Positions 25,330-35,480 of a DNA stretch of 64,000 nt are shown one piece after another. The position numbers and the translations under genes were made by a program. The number at the start of each line of letters is the position of its first letter. Positions within the stretch are counted from its first letter, which is position 1. The notes beneath the pieces were generated by a model. It saw nothing but the letters and a program-made list of their open reading frames with translations, did no database searches and was not told the DNA's origin. The stretch is from a virus. The stretch is from positions 52,400-116,399 of IMG/VR virus record IMGVR_UViG_3300027741_000029. One strand, 5' to 3'.

Positions 25330-26493
25330 TCATTCATAACCTATCGCCGCTGCTACTTCTGGATGATGATCACTAAATTTTTGATTGCGTTGAATGTCAC
25401 TATTCTTTAATGCTTCTACAAGTTTAGTACAATCACTGCCTTCACCTTGCATCATAAACTGCAATAAATTAACAACTTCGTCATTATATGGACCGCTATA
25501 ATTTTTAAGTTTATTATTAATAAGTTCTTTTGCAGCAGCATTTAATCGTGAAATACTGAAATGCCAAGCATCATGTAGCACATTAAAATATACATAATCA
25601 AAACGTTGTTGGGCAATCCATTCACACATTTCATCAATATAATAGAAGTTTTGTACATTTGAAGTCATACATAATTGTAATTTAATATTTGTATTAGTAT
25701 CACGGAGATCATAAAGACGTTGGAGATTATCCATCGCCTTATCCCAATTAGAACCATAACGTTGATATTCAAAGCGTGGACCAATATCATCTACACTAAC
25801 TGCTATTTCAACTAATTTAAAATGAGGCCAAATTTCTAATCCACGTTTTGGAAATGTAGTTAAATTGGTATTATAATGTATTTCAATGTCTTTGGCATAT
25901 CCCATTTCAACTGCTATTTCCAATAGAGTAAAGTGCTCATCAATAAGAAATGGTTCACCGCCTGTAAACTCAAAATATTTTGAATTTGCTAGAAGTTCAG
26001 TTAAATCTGACCAAAAACGCTGAGCCTCACGAGGCCAACGACCTTTTTCAAGGTTTTCACGAGCAGTTGTATTGCCAGGATGAATATCAATTTCTTCTTG
26101 CGCCCATTTTGAACTGCTGAAACTGCCACATATACGACATTTTAAATTACAAATGTTACCAAGTTTTAAATCAAGAAATGCAAGACTGCCATCGCTACTA
26201 CTAGTAAATTTTTTGTCACCTATAATTTGCCGTAATCTAGAAATGCTATGCATACGTTTGCTTGTGCGTCCGCTATCTTCTTCTGCCCAACATCGATTAC
26301 AGTTAGCAGGTTTTTCACCATCTAAGAAACTTTGACGAAGCGCAACCATATAAGAACTATTAAATGCTTCGGTTAGCGTATTTGTTTTTAAATCAATATC
26401 TGGAATAGTTTCATAACTTAAACAACATACTTTGCATTTACCCATTGGGTCTGCTTCAATACTTACAAAAGGTAATACACAAAAGTTATCCAT
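25330..26493 (-). CDS. radical SAM protein with N-terminal Cys cluster
   Basis: CNLKCRIC, TGGEP, HYNTN, VSVDD; N-terminal FCVLPF...VCC...CNRCW. Confidence 0.93.
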   Translation of the reverse strand: MDNFCVLPFVSIEADPMGKCKVCCLSYETIPDIDLKTNTLTEAFNSSYMVALRQSFLDGEKPANCNRCWAEEDSGRTSKRMHSISRLRQIIGDKKFTSSSDGSLAFLDLKLGNICNLKCRICGSFSSSKWAQEEIDIHPGNTTARENLEKGRWPREAQRFWSDLTELLANSKYFEFTGGEPFLIDEHFTLLEIAVEMGYAKDIEIHYNTNLTTFPKRGLEIWPHFKLVEIAVSVDDIGPRFEYQRYGSNWDKAMDNLQRLYDLRDTNTNIKLQLCMTSNVQNFYYIDEMCEWIAQQRFDYVYFNVLHDAWHFSISRLNAAAKELINNKLKNYSGPYNDEVVNLLQFMMQGEGSDCTKLVEALKNSDIQRNQKFSDHHPEVAAAIGYE

Positions 26494-27802
26494 TTAACAT
26501 TCCTAACTCTGGAACAATGTCAAGTAATTTTTCAGTGCGTATTGCATCCATCTTATTTGTACGATCCCAAAACTTTGGTATTAAATTAGTTTTATCATCT
26601 GCCATCATAAAATTAATAGCACTTTCAAACCCTGTCGTGGCACGTCTTAAACTATCTAAAGGCGTTAACCATTCAATATGCTCTAGATACATTGATTTAA
26701 TATCAGATTTACACTTTTGTGGTAGTATATCGATTCTAAAAAATGGCGGGTCTTGTAGAATATTAACATTTAAATCTTGTGGTTTTAAAAAACCTTTTTG
26801 TACCCAATCTTTATGAAATTTAGGTAACTGCCATATGTTCATAACACTTAATGTTGGACTAATATAAAAGTCAACCTGTGGACATACACGCAACATTTCT
26901 TCACGATTGCGCTCAGTTTGTGACCAGTCAGTTCCTTTGCGTACTAATTCTGCAAGTGGTCCCATGGCATCTAGGCTAGCACCAACACATACATTACTAA
27001 ACTCATTCCAAAGTTCTAACACGTTTTGTTTTTTATAACGCAATTCACTAAAGTTAGTATTATAGATAAGTCTTACATCATTTTTGCCTTTCTTTAGCAA
27101 CGCATTAAGAATACGATAGTGTTCTTCCATAATAAGCGGTTCACCACCAGCAAAATAGATATGTTCAACATAATCAAGATGCGGCTCTAGTTGCTCCCAA
27201 ACATCTAATTGTGTACGTCCAGCATATTCAATTCTTTTATTATGTTTCTTAAAATATTCTGAATCATTTCCTTCAACTTCGAGCAATTTAACCTGGTCAT
27301 CATACCAATTTGAACTAAAAATATGACCACAACTACGGCAACGAAAATTACATAGATTACTAAAACGAATATCCCAATAAGACAATGTTAATTCTTCAAG
27401 ATGTCCTTCGCCGGTAGTACTGTCAACTCTGCCGATATGGTGACCAAATCTTTTATTGCTACTATTACGCATACTAAAAAATCCAGCATCTTCTTGTTCA
27501 TAACATTTTTTACAAGCCCCACATGATTTTTCGGTAAGCATGTTTGTTCTAGTTTGCCGCATAGCATCACTATTCCAAACTTCTTTAATTGTAGATTCTC
27601 GCAAATTGCCAACTGGATGATCCATTTCAGCAGCGCAACAAATATATGCTGGTCCTGTTGGGAATGCATGCAAATGCGTCCAAGGCAACATACAAAAAGT
27701 TTTACTTTCCATAAGCAAAAATTTTTGTCGTTCGTCTAGTTTTTCTAGTTCAATAAACTCTGGAGTTCTTTCATTATAATTATAAACTGTCATACCAATC
27801 AC
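26486..27802 (-). CDS. radical SAM protein with N-terminal Cys cluster
   Basis: CNFRCRSC, AGGEP, YNTN, ASLD; N-terminal FCMLPW...ICC...CKKCY. Confidence 0.93.
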   Translation of the reverse strand: MIGMTVYNYNERTPEFIELEKLDERQKFLLMESKTFCMLPWTHLHAFPTGPAYICCAAEMDHPVGNLRESTIKEVWNSDAMRQTRTNMLTEKSCGACKKCYEQEDAGFFSMRNSSNKRFGHHIGRVDSTTGEGHLEELTLSYWDIRFSNLCNFRCRSCGHIFSSNWYDDQVKLLEVEGNDSEYFKKHNKRIEYAGRTQLDVWEQLEPHLDYVEHIYFAGGEPLIMEEHYRILNALLKKGKNDVRLIYNTNFSELRYKKQNVLELWNEFSNVCVGASLDAMGPLAELVRKGTDWSQTERNREEMLRVCPQVDFYISPTLSVMNIWQLPKFHKDWVQKGFLKPQDLNVNILQDPPFFRIDILPQKCKSDIKSMYLEHIEWLTPLDSLRRATTGFESAINFMMADDKTNLIPKFWDRTNKMDAIRTEKLLDIVPELGMLNG

Positions 27803-29126
27803 TCAATTCTGGAAATGTTTTTGTAAAATTTTTATCACGGCGTTGGTCATACTGAGTATAAAATGTCTTAAAATCTTGCTGCAATATATCCATTGAACTA
27901 GCACCAGCATGTGGCGATTCCACACTATTTAAGTATTCAATCAGACGACGAATATGTTCTATCTCCATCTGATGCAACCAATGGCTATCACTCCAACGAT
28001 CAAGAAACTGTTGTAGTTGTTCTTTACAACGTTGTTTAACTTCGCTAGGCATTACCAACGGGCTTTGAAAACTAGGGAAACGTAAGATATTAAGCGTGAT
28101 GGTAAGACTATCACGACCATATGCTTGCTTAAAATCAATCATATGTTCAAGGAAGTTGGGAAGTTTAGGCAAGCACAATCCATTAATAGTTGCCATAACA
28201 TGCATCTGTTTTACAGCACCACTCTTATAAAGTTTAACCATATTATCAAACCATTGGTAATAATTTAAACCATCACGAATATATTCTGCTTGACCATTCA
28301 AACTTTCACAACTGGTATAAACTTCAACATCTAAACCACAAACAGCATCAATGAACTCATCAATTTTCTTTGTTTCTAAACCAAGGTTACTATTGATGGC
28401 AAGTTTGGTTTGACTCTTACCACGATTTTCTTTAAACCATTTTAGTAGTTTCCATGTATGTCCACTCATAAGTGGCTCGCCACCCGTGATGCGAAGTTCA
28501 CGCAGCGTTTTGTGTAGGTCACTTTCCCACCACTTAAAGAATGCTTCTACATAAGGATTGGTATCGGTATATCCATAGACTTGGCTACTGTCGTGAGGAT
28601 GTGTAAAATGATTACGCCCATCGCTAACCAACCCGCTATAACCGCCATTCGTTTTAATATCTCGGACCCAGGTCGTGCTAAATGCAGGATTACAATAGCT
28701 ACAGGCAAAATTGCAAGTACGGTCAAAGGCTATCTCCAAGGTTCTAAGGTTTACATCACTATCAGGTGGAAGATTAAACGCATCATTGAGTTCTTCTTCA
28801 CTAAATATCATACTTTTATAAGGTCTATCACTGATAGCAGTAGCACTGGTATCTTCAATCTTCCAACAATATTCACAACCAGTAGGTCGTTCTCCTCGCT
28901 GCATTTGTGCACGTTGTTTTTTCTTTTCAGGTGTGTTGTGCAGAGCAGAGGGGTTGGTTAACACTTGTTCAACACTGACTTGATGTGGTAGAGGGTGATG
29001 GCAACTAGTAGTTTGCCCACTGCCCAACCAAATAGTTGCGTTATACCATTTAGCTCCACAAAAAGAAGCACTTTTGCTATCTAGAACACGTTTCTTATAT
29101 TCTGAATAAAAGTTATTTTCTACCAT
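27780..29126 (-). CDS. radical SAM protein with N-terminal Cys/His cluster
   Basis: CNFACSYC, TGGEP, INSN; N-terminal FCGAKW...SCHHP...CEYCW. Confidence 0.93.
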   Translation of the reverse strand: MVENNFYSEYKKRVLDSKSASFCGAKWYNATIWLGSGQTTSCHHPLPHQVSVEQVLTNPSALHNTPEKKKQRAQMQRGERPTGCEYCWKIEDTSATAISDRPYKSMIFSEEELNDAFNLPPDSDVNLRTLEIAFDRTCNFACSYCNPAFSTTWVRDIKTNGGYSGLVSDGRNHFTHPHDSSQVYGYTDTNPYVEAFFKWWESDLHKTLRELRITGGEPLMSGHTWKLLKWFKENRGKSQTKLAINSNLGLETKKIDEFIDAVCGLDVEVYTSCESLNGQAEYIRDGLNYYQWFDNMVKLYKSGAVKQMHVMATINGLCLPKLPNFLEHMIDFKQAYGRDSLTITLNILRFPSFQSPLVMPSEVKQRCKEQLQQFLDRWSDSHWLHQMEIEHIRRLIEYLNSVESPHAGASSMDILQQDFKTFYTQYDQRRDKNFTKTFPELSDWYDSL

Positions 29127-30160
29127 TTAGTTGAATATTCCTGTGTAACAATGTGTGATGCGCATTTATTTAAGCATTCAGAAATTGATCCAAATTTATT
29201 AAACATGTCAGTCCAACCATCCCAATTTAATACAGTTTCCATATTAAAAGTATTTAAATTTAACTCAGATCGTATGAACAAGTTATATGTATTCATATCA
29301 TAACGATTTCCCATCCAACAACAAGGAAAGAAAATTCCTTGACTATTAATATATAAACCCTTGTTGCCAATCCAACATAATGGTGTTAAATTTCCAATAC
29401 TACTACGATTTTCATAGTACATTAAATTTGCAGCAAGACTATGTGTAATATCAGGTGTTCTGTCAGTAAAGTTTATCACATCTCGTGTAAAACGACCATT
29501 TGTTATATATTGCTCTTCGGGTTGAAGTTCGTCTATGCCATTGGTATTATAATTATCATAGTTAATTCCAAATTTAGAACTACGAGTAAGTTGGAAACTA
29601 TCAAATCCTAATTGTTGTGCAATATTTTGCATATTTTCAATTTTATGTTGATTATATTTGAATACAATCGCTGCCCAACGAATCGTTACTTTAGTATTTT
29701 TTCTTAATTCAATAACACCATCAATAATGCTCTGCCAATTACTATTTTTTCTATATGTTGAATTACTTTCTTGGTTCCATCCATCCAAGCTAAAATGAAT
29801 TTCATCATATTCATTCAATAGCGTGGATAACTTACTCCACCAATCAATTGTTTTATAACTACCATTAGTTACTATCAATAAATTAATAGATGGCTTACAT
29901 TTTTTAATATATTCAATGATTTTTAAGAAATCTTTTGCGTATATCGGATCACCATCATCACCACAAAAACTCATTCGTGTGACATGAGTTTGTAAAAAAT
30001 GTGGAGTAAAATTTCTTTCAAAAAATTTCAAACTTAAACTAGTTTGTATAAGTGTATCTGGTAATTCTGTACGAGGACAACGAGGGCATTGCAGAGTGCA
30101 AATACTACTTGCCTCAAAATGCCAGTGCCACAATGGCCACCGATAAATATTTTTCACCAT
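29120..30160 (-). CDS. radical SAM protein with C-terminal twitch/SPASM-like Cys cluster
   Basis: CTLQCPRC, FCGDDGDP, VTNGS, FSLDG; C-terminal C...GIFFPCCW...CLNKC. Start set at MVKNIY (ATG 30160). Confidence 0.9.
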   Translation of the reverse strand: MVKNIYRWPLWHWHFEASSICTLQCPRCPRTELPDTLIQTSLSLKFFERNFTPHFLQTHVTRMSFCGDDGDPIYAKDFLKIIEYIKKCKPSINLLIVTNGSYKTIDWWSKLSTLLNEYDEIHFSLDGWNQESNSTYRKNSNWQSIIDGVIELRKNTKVTIRWAAIVFKYNQHKIENMQNIAQQLGFDSFQLTRSSKFGINYDNYNTNGIDELQPEEQYITNGRFTRDVINFTDRTPDITHSLAANLMYYENRSSIGNLTPLCWIGNKGLYINSQGIFFPCCWMGNRYDMNTYNLFIRSELNLNTFNMETVLNWDGWTDMFNKFGSISECLNKCASHIVTQEYSTKW

Positions 30161-31628
30161 GATAGATTTAATTCTCCTCAATGTACCTGCTGTTAGTTTG
30201 TCATATCCACTGGCAGGCACTGCAATCTTAAAAGCAGCCGTAGAAAAAAATGGCTATACAAGTAAGATTATTGATCTTAATTATAACCTAATGCATGACA
30301 TAAATCAAGATTATTCAGTTGCATTAGAAAGTTATTTTACACTTGGTCATTCATTAGACGAAGTGTTTAATTTAATCTATCAACAGTTTTTAGAAGAAAG
30401 TGTAAACACTATACTATCATTAAACCCAAGATTTATAGGAATAAGTGTTTTTACATTTGAATGTCAAAAATTTACGGTTGATATCTGCAATACATTACAT
30501 GATAAAAGCTATAGTGGAAAGATAGTTATAGGTGGTGCTGGATTGAGCACAACTGGAATAGCAACAAAAGTTAATGATTTTGGCAATAAAATGGTTAATA
30601 TTGGATTAGTAGATTATTATATAAGAGGCGAAGCCGATATTGCTATTGTTGAATTATTAAATGGTAATACTACATTTGCTGGTATAAACAACGATGATTT
30701 TAAACAAATTGACGATTTAAATGTTAATTATGTTCCTGATTATGTTGATATATTGGGCAATCAGTATGCCTGGCCATACGGTAAACCAGTTATTCCTATA
30801 ACTGGAAGCCGTGGATGCGTTAGAGAATGCACATTCTGTGATATTCATAAGTTTTGGCATAAATTTAGATTTCGTACTGGTGATAATATTGCTGCAGAAA
30901 TGATAAAACAATATCAGAAATATGGCATTAGAGATTTTTACTTTACTGACAGTTTAATCAATGGAAGCATGCGAGCATTCAGGAATCTATGTGAAAGTTT
31001 GATTAATTACTATGCAGAAAATAACTTACCAAACAAATATTTTAGTTGGGGTGGACAATTTATTATTCGTAGTTCACTGCAAATGTCCGCAGAAGATTAT
31101 AAACTAGCATCAAAAGCAGGACTAAACGGTGTTGCCATAGGTATTGAAAGTGGCAGCGATTCGGTTCGTGAACATATGAAAAAGAAATTTAGCAACGTTG
31201 ATATTGATTTTGCAATTGAAAATCTTAGTAAAAACAATATAAACTGTTATTTTTTAATCATAGTTGGATATCCTACCGAAACAGAACAAGATTTTCAAGA
31301 TACAATTAATATGTTTGAAAGATATCAACCATATAGTGTTGATGGAACTATATTTGGTGTAAACTTAGGCGGTACTTTAAGCATAGACGAGGGTACTGAA
31401 ATTTATGAAAAACAAGTTGAACTTGGAATGTCAGAATTAGATAATAATTTATTTGGTTTAAATTGGGTTTCAAAGTATAATGAAACACTTACCATTGAAG
31501 AAAGAATACGCCGTCGCATTGTATTACAAGAAAAACTTATGGATATGAACTATCAAGTATGGAATGGCGATCATCAATTGAAGAGATTAATAAAAAGTTA
31601 TGAACGAATTGCAAACAGAACATATTGA
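30159..31628 (+). CDS. cobalamin (B12)-binding class B radical SAM enzyme, probable methyltransferase
   Basis: N-terminal B12-binding pattern (YPLAGTAILKA...IDLN, IGISVF, IVIGG, IRGEAD), SRGCVRECTFC, FTDSLING, IGIESGS, IVGYPTETEQDF. Confidence 0.92.
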   Translation: MIDLILLNVPAVSLSYPLAGTAILKAAVEKNGYTSKIIDLNYNLMHDINQDYSVALESYFTLGHSLDEVFNLIYQQFLEESVNTILSLNPRFIGISVFTFECQKFTVDICNTLHDKSYSGKIVIGGAGLSTTGIATKVNDFGNKMVNIGLVDYYIRGEADIAIVELLNGNTTFAGINNDDFKQIDDLNVNYVPDYVDILGNQYAWPYGKPVIPITGSRGCVRECTFCDIHKFWHKFRFRTGDNIAAEMIKQYQKYGIRDFYFTDSLINGSMRAFRNLCESLINYYAENNLPNKYFSWGGQFIIRSSLQMSAEDYKLASKAGLNGVAIGIESGSDSVREHMKKKFSNVDIDFAIENLSKNNINCYFLIIVGYPTETEQDFQDTINMFERYQPYSVDGTIFGVNLGGTLSIDEGTEIYEKQVELGMSELDNNLFGLNWVSKYNETLTIEERIRRRIVLQEKLMDMNYQVWNGDHQLKRLIKSYERIANRTY

Positions 31629-32100
31629 GTTAGTAATTAATTATAGAAGTCAGGCAAATAATGGCTGGCCAATTATTAGTTTCTATGTAAATGATATCTT
31701 AATTGATACGATACATGCAGATAATGATAAAGTTAATTTATCATTTAACGTACCCATTGGAGATTGGAAATTTAGTGCAATTCATTGGGGCAAGAACCCG
31801 CACAATGAGTCAAGCCCAGATAAATTTTTTGAAATTACGGATATAACTATCAATAAAGTAAACATTAGTAGAATAATTCACCGTGGTATACAATATCCAC
31901 AATTGCCCCCGTGGGAAAAAGCACAGGTATCGTGGGTGGGAAATTTATATATGGGACATAATGGCAAGATTGAATGGAATTTTACTAGTCCAATATATGA
32001 TTATTTGCGCCAAGAATTTAATACAGTGGTAAAACCAATTGTTGGACAAGAAACAACAAGAGAAGTATTAGAGCAGACAAAGAAATTCTTTAATCTTTAA
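31600..32100 (+). CDS. hypothetical beta-rich protein
   Basis: Overlaps the B12 radical SAM gene; its TAA shares TTAA with the convergent gene. Confidence 0.65.
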   Translation: MNELQTEHIELVINYRSQANNGWPIISFYVNDILIDTIHADNDKVNLSFNVPIGDWKFSAIHWGKNPHNESSPDKFFEITDITINKVNISRIIHRGIQYPQLPPWEKAQVSWVGNLYMGHNGKIEWNFTSPIYDYLRQEFNTVVKPIVGQETTREVLEQTKKFFNL

Positions 32101-33605
32101 CCCTTATCCGCCCAATACTTACAATTATTATACCAATCTACCATTTCTGGAAATGTCGCAAGGAAATTTGTCTTACGGCGAGCATCATGTTCACTAAAGA
32201 AACGATAGAAATCTGCCGCTGCATTAGTATCTTCACGGTGATGTTCGTGCATCCAATCTACCACACGTTGAAGTTTAGCAATTTCATAATCCTTGAACCC
32301 ATTGAAGCGTGTAGCAACTGTTTCTGCTTGTGGTTTCATCCAATGGACAATATTTTGCAAGAACCAAGCATAACTTGGCGGTAGTATATCAATACACTGC
32401 CATTGAGGTTCACGAAGAATTGGAGTATCAAACCAAATGCGCTGATAGGTCTTGCTATACTTGGCACGAAGTTGTAGTATCCATTGCATCAATTCTTGAA
32501 GACTTGTGATGTTTAGCACGTTCATCGTAATGATAAATGTCACGCTATTACGACTTGGAACTTCTTCCAAGAAACGCTCAACATTTCGTTTCATAAGTTC
32601 AAATTCAAGACCATGGCGAGCATATTCAGCACGTTCTCCGTATCCGTCGATAGAGACAAACTGCATGAAATGCTCTAGCACATGGTTACCACACATATGT
32701 TTAACATAGGTTAGATACTTGTCAAACACATATTCATCTTGACTAAAGTTAGAGGTTACATTAAGATGTAAATCTTTCTTTGGGTTTTCTAATACGTAGT
32801 CAAATACACGATAAGTATTGCGATCCATAAGAGGCTCGCCGCCTGTCATACGGAAGTGTTTTAGGTTAGGGTAGAGTTCTGGCCACCATCTCCAGAACGC
32901 ATCAACATAAGGATTATCTTCCCGATTCGGTATAGGTTTACGATCACCCCGAAAGTAAGCAGGACTATTATGACTATTAGAGGTAGGATAAGCACCAAAA
33001 TCATTGATTTCCTTCATCCACGAACTACTAAACTGTGGACTGCAATATGAACAACTTAAATTACAAGCACTGTTAAAGTTTACTTCAACATAACTTGGAT
33101 TTGGATTCCACGTTAGTGGGTCTTGAACCAAAATCTCGCTAAACTTCTCAGCAGCCCAAGGTTCTCCACTGCGGTAATGTCGGTCAGATAAGTTTCCCGT
33201 GGCTTCAACTCGCCAGCAATATGAACATTCTTCTGGCTTTTCTCCACCAAGCATTCTTGCTCTCTGGGTCTTTTTATGAGCGGTGTTATGGAGCGCACTG
33301 GGGTTATCTTGTAACTCATTGGCATCAATCCTATGTAGTGGTGGGTGGTAACAACTGTTGGTATGACCTGTTGTTAGGTGTATACTGGTCTGCTGCCACT
33401 TTGCAAGGCAAAGAGCGGGTCCAAGTTTTGTTTGCATTTGTTCAGCAGAGAACATAAAGTCGCTGTGAAGATTGCCTTCATTATCAGCAACTGCCCGATC
33501 ACCACTGTTGTCTAGCCGCACTTCTGATGACACTATGGACATCCCTTTCTGGTAACATGATATCAATATTTTGATATGCTCGCTGATGCTTTTTATACCA
33601 AGCAC
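32097..33605 (-). CDS. radical SAM protein with N-terminal Cys/His cluster (true start probably at or after 33542)
   Basis: CNLSCSYC, MTGGEP, VTSN, VSIDG; N-terminal LCLAKW...SCYHP...CSYCW. Paralogue of 27780-29126. Confidence 0.92.
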   Translation of the reverse strand: MLGIKSISEHIKILISCYQKGMSIVSSEVRLDNSGDRAVADNEGNLHSDFMFSAEQMQTKLGPALCLAKWQQTSIHLTTGHTNSCYHPPLHRIDANELQDNPSALHNTAHKKTQRARMLGGEKPEECSYCWRVEATGNLSDRHYRSGEPWAAEKFSEILVQDPLTWNPNPSYVEVNFNSACNLSCSYCSPQFSSSWMKEINDFGAYPTSNSHNSPAYFRGDRKPIPNREDNPYVDAFWRWWPELYPNLKHFRMTGGEPLMDRNTYRVFDYVLENPKKDLHLNVTSNFSQDEYVFDKYLTYVKHMCGNHVLEHFMQFVSIDGYGERAEYARHGLEFELMKRNVERFLEEVPSRNSVTFIITMNVLNITSLQELMQWILQLRAKYSKTYQRIWFDTPILREPQWQCIDILPPSYAWFLQNIVHWMKPQAETVATRFNGFKDYEIAKLQRVVDWMHEHHREDTNAAADFYRFFSEHDARRKTNFLATFPEMVDWYNNCKYWADKG

Positions 33606-34437
33606 TTTGTTCAGGAGACATGCTTATTATATCAAGATTAAGACGTTTACGCAATATGTTTGCATACTGCTCACTTTGTTGTAAACCTTTATCTATTGTA
33701 AAGTTCCACAATATATCTAGTTTTTTGAAATCACGAACTTCACGATAATCCCAATCATCGTCAAACATAGTCATATAGGCACCTTGTCTGGCACCCATTA
33801 TTGCCCATTTGCCGAACTCAACATCGCTACCAACAGTACACCAAATAACAAGATTCGCACGATTCCCAATCCAAGTGGCATTTTCAAACTCCTCTGGCGT
33901 AGGTCTACGACCACGATCTAAACATAATTTAACTCCTTCACGGAATCCTGCTTGCCATGCTTGCTGTGGACTGCCATTTGGATCGGTTGTACTCCACACA
34001 TCATGCATAGCCCAATAACGATTATCAAAACAAAACTCAACAGCGGTATGATTACTGCCATCGGTTGCTTCATGTGTGCGCATATTGTTTACAAAATCTT
34101 TTGTCCAACTACTAATGCCACCATTTCCATAACAAAGACCATTAATAATATTCTTTGCTCTCCAACGAAATACACAATCCCTGTTACGATCATCAATGCG
34201 TAATTGTTGATTAAAAAATTCTGGGTTTGGTAGATTGTCAGCATCAATAAGAATAAATCGTTCTGTGTCACTGGCAGCAGCCGCTGCCTTGTGTGCAGCA
34301 TCCGAACCTTCTATACCATCAACTCGTTTTGCCCATGGAGCAAATGAACGCACATATGACCAATTTGCATCAGCATTTGGTTCTTTGTAACTTAGAAAGA
34401 TACAATCTAATTCACTAATATCAATAATCTCAGACAC
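33499..34437 (-). CDS. glycosyltransferase-like protein (GT-A, DxD)
   Basis: CIFLSYKEPNADANW, KRVDGIEGSDAAHKAAA, FILIDADN (DxD), YGNGG, AWQAGFREG. GTG start at 34437 overlapping the upstream stop. Confidence 0.6.
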   Translation of the reverse strand: MSEIIDISELDCIFLSYKEPNADANWSYVRSFAPWAKRVDGIEGSDAAHKAAAAASDTERFILIDADNLPNPEFFNQQLRIDDRNRDCVFRWRAKNIINGLCYGNGGISSWTKDFVNNMRTHEATDGSNHTAVEFCFDNRYWAMHDVWSTTDPNGSPQQAWQAGFREGVKLCLDRGRRPTPEEFENATWIGNRANLVIWCTVGSDVEFGKWAIMGARQGAYMTMFDDDWDYREVRDFKKLDILWNFTIDKGLQQSEQYANILRKRLNLDIISMSPEQSAWYKKHQRAYQNIDIMLPERDVHSVIRSAARQQW

Positions 34438-34663
34438 TTTTCCATCCTTGTGCATTGGGATAATCAACATCTACAGGAAACTGATAATCATCATGCAGCG
34501 TATAAACTTCGCTTCCACCACGTTTATAAACAATCTGTGTGGGAAAATTATATGTTGGTGGCGGAGGAGGAACAAATTTAGGCATTTCTGGCAGAACTTG
34601 TTTTGCTAACTCACGTTCTACTTCATCCCACCAAGCCTTGATCTCTTCTTCTGTTAAACTCAT
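34430..34663 (-). CDS. small hypothetical protein with a poly-Pro stretch
   Basis: Likely start MSLTEEE (34663); contains PPPPP. Confidence 0.5.
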   Translation of the reverse strand: MSLTEEEIKAWWDEVERELAKQVLPEMPKFVPPPPPTYNFPTQIVYKRGGSEVYTLHDDYQFPVDVDYPNAQGWKSV

Positions 34664-35480
34664 GTGTATATCTATCCAATAATTCATCCGTTGCAAAGGT
34701 TTTTTCAACATAATGTAGCGGTCTTGACTGCTTATAATGACCAATAGTGGGAGTAAAATCGTTTTGAATGTCCCAGTTTAATTGTTCATGCCATGGTTGT
34801 GTGCTAAAACAATTCTGCAATTTTGATTTCATATGAACAAAACCAAATCCTGTATCCTGCGGTTTTACATCTAATATCTTTAGCGCAAGCGCATATACTT
34901 CATCTGTGCGTGGTTCATCATAGCGACAATTGACAAGATAGTTATCACGATAATAATCCCAATCATCTGTAATCATACGCATAGTATCATAAATTTCTTT
35001 ACATGCGGTATCATAGGTGAAATAAGTCCAAGCACTATAAATGTTTGGCATTAGATTTTCATCAAATTGTTGACGATATTTGCGATTGTCAATTGCGTGT
35101 CCATCATAGGTATAAACGCTTTGTGTAAAACTATATGTAAATTGTGCATATGTATTCCATAACCAACTTAAATTGGTTGTGAATAACATATCACATTCTG
35201 TTTTAATCGTGCTTTTGTAAGGACTATATGCAAATGCCTGACATTCATTTTGCATCTTGATCTTGCTGCTTTGTGCAAGGTCATGTTTTAGCACGATAAC
35301 TTTATCAAAAACTGCAAGATGCGCATCTGTTACTTGTTCATATGTTTCTTTATCTACAATAACGCTGAAATTATTATCTAGGCTTTGCGTAAGTTTGCAA
35401 CTTAAGGCTTGTAGATAAGCCATTCGTAAATAATCCACGTCTCCGCTGTTCTGTGCAATACAAAGATAACCGTTGCTCAT
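34623..35480 (-). CDS. glycosyltransferase-like protein (GT-A, GT8/mannosyltransferase-like)
   Basis: GYLCIAQN...YLRMAY, SPYKSTIKTECDMLF (ExD at the DxD position), YSAWTYF, RTDEVYALA, FVHMK, LHY. Confidence 0.6.
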   Translation of the reverse strand: MSNGYLCIAQNSGDVDYLRMAYLQALSCKLTQSLDNNFSVIVDKETYEQVTDAHLAVFDKVIVLKHDLAQSSKIKMQNECQAFAYSPYKSTIKTECDMLFTTNLSWLWNTYAQFTYSFTQSVYTYDGHAIDNRKYRQQFDENLMPNIYSAWTYFTYDTACKEIYDTMRMITDDWDYYRDNYLVNCRYDEPRTDEVYALALKILDVKPQDTGFGFVHMKSKLQNCFSTQPWHEQLNWDIQNDFTPTIGHYKQSRPLHYVEKTFATDELLDRYTHEFNRRRDQGLVG

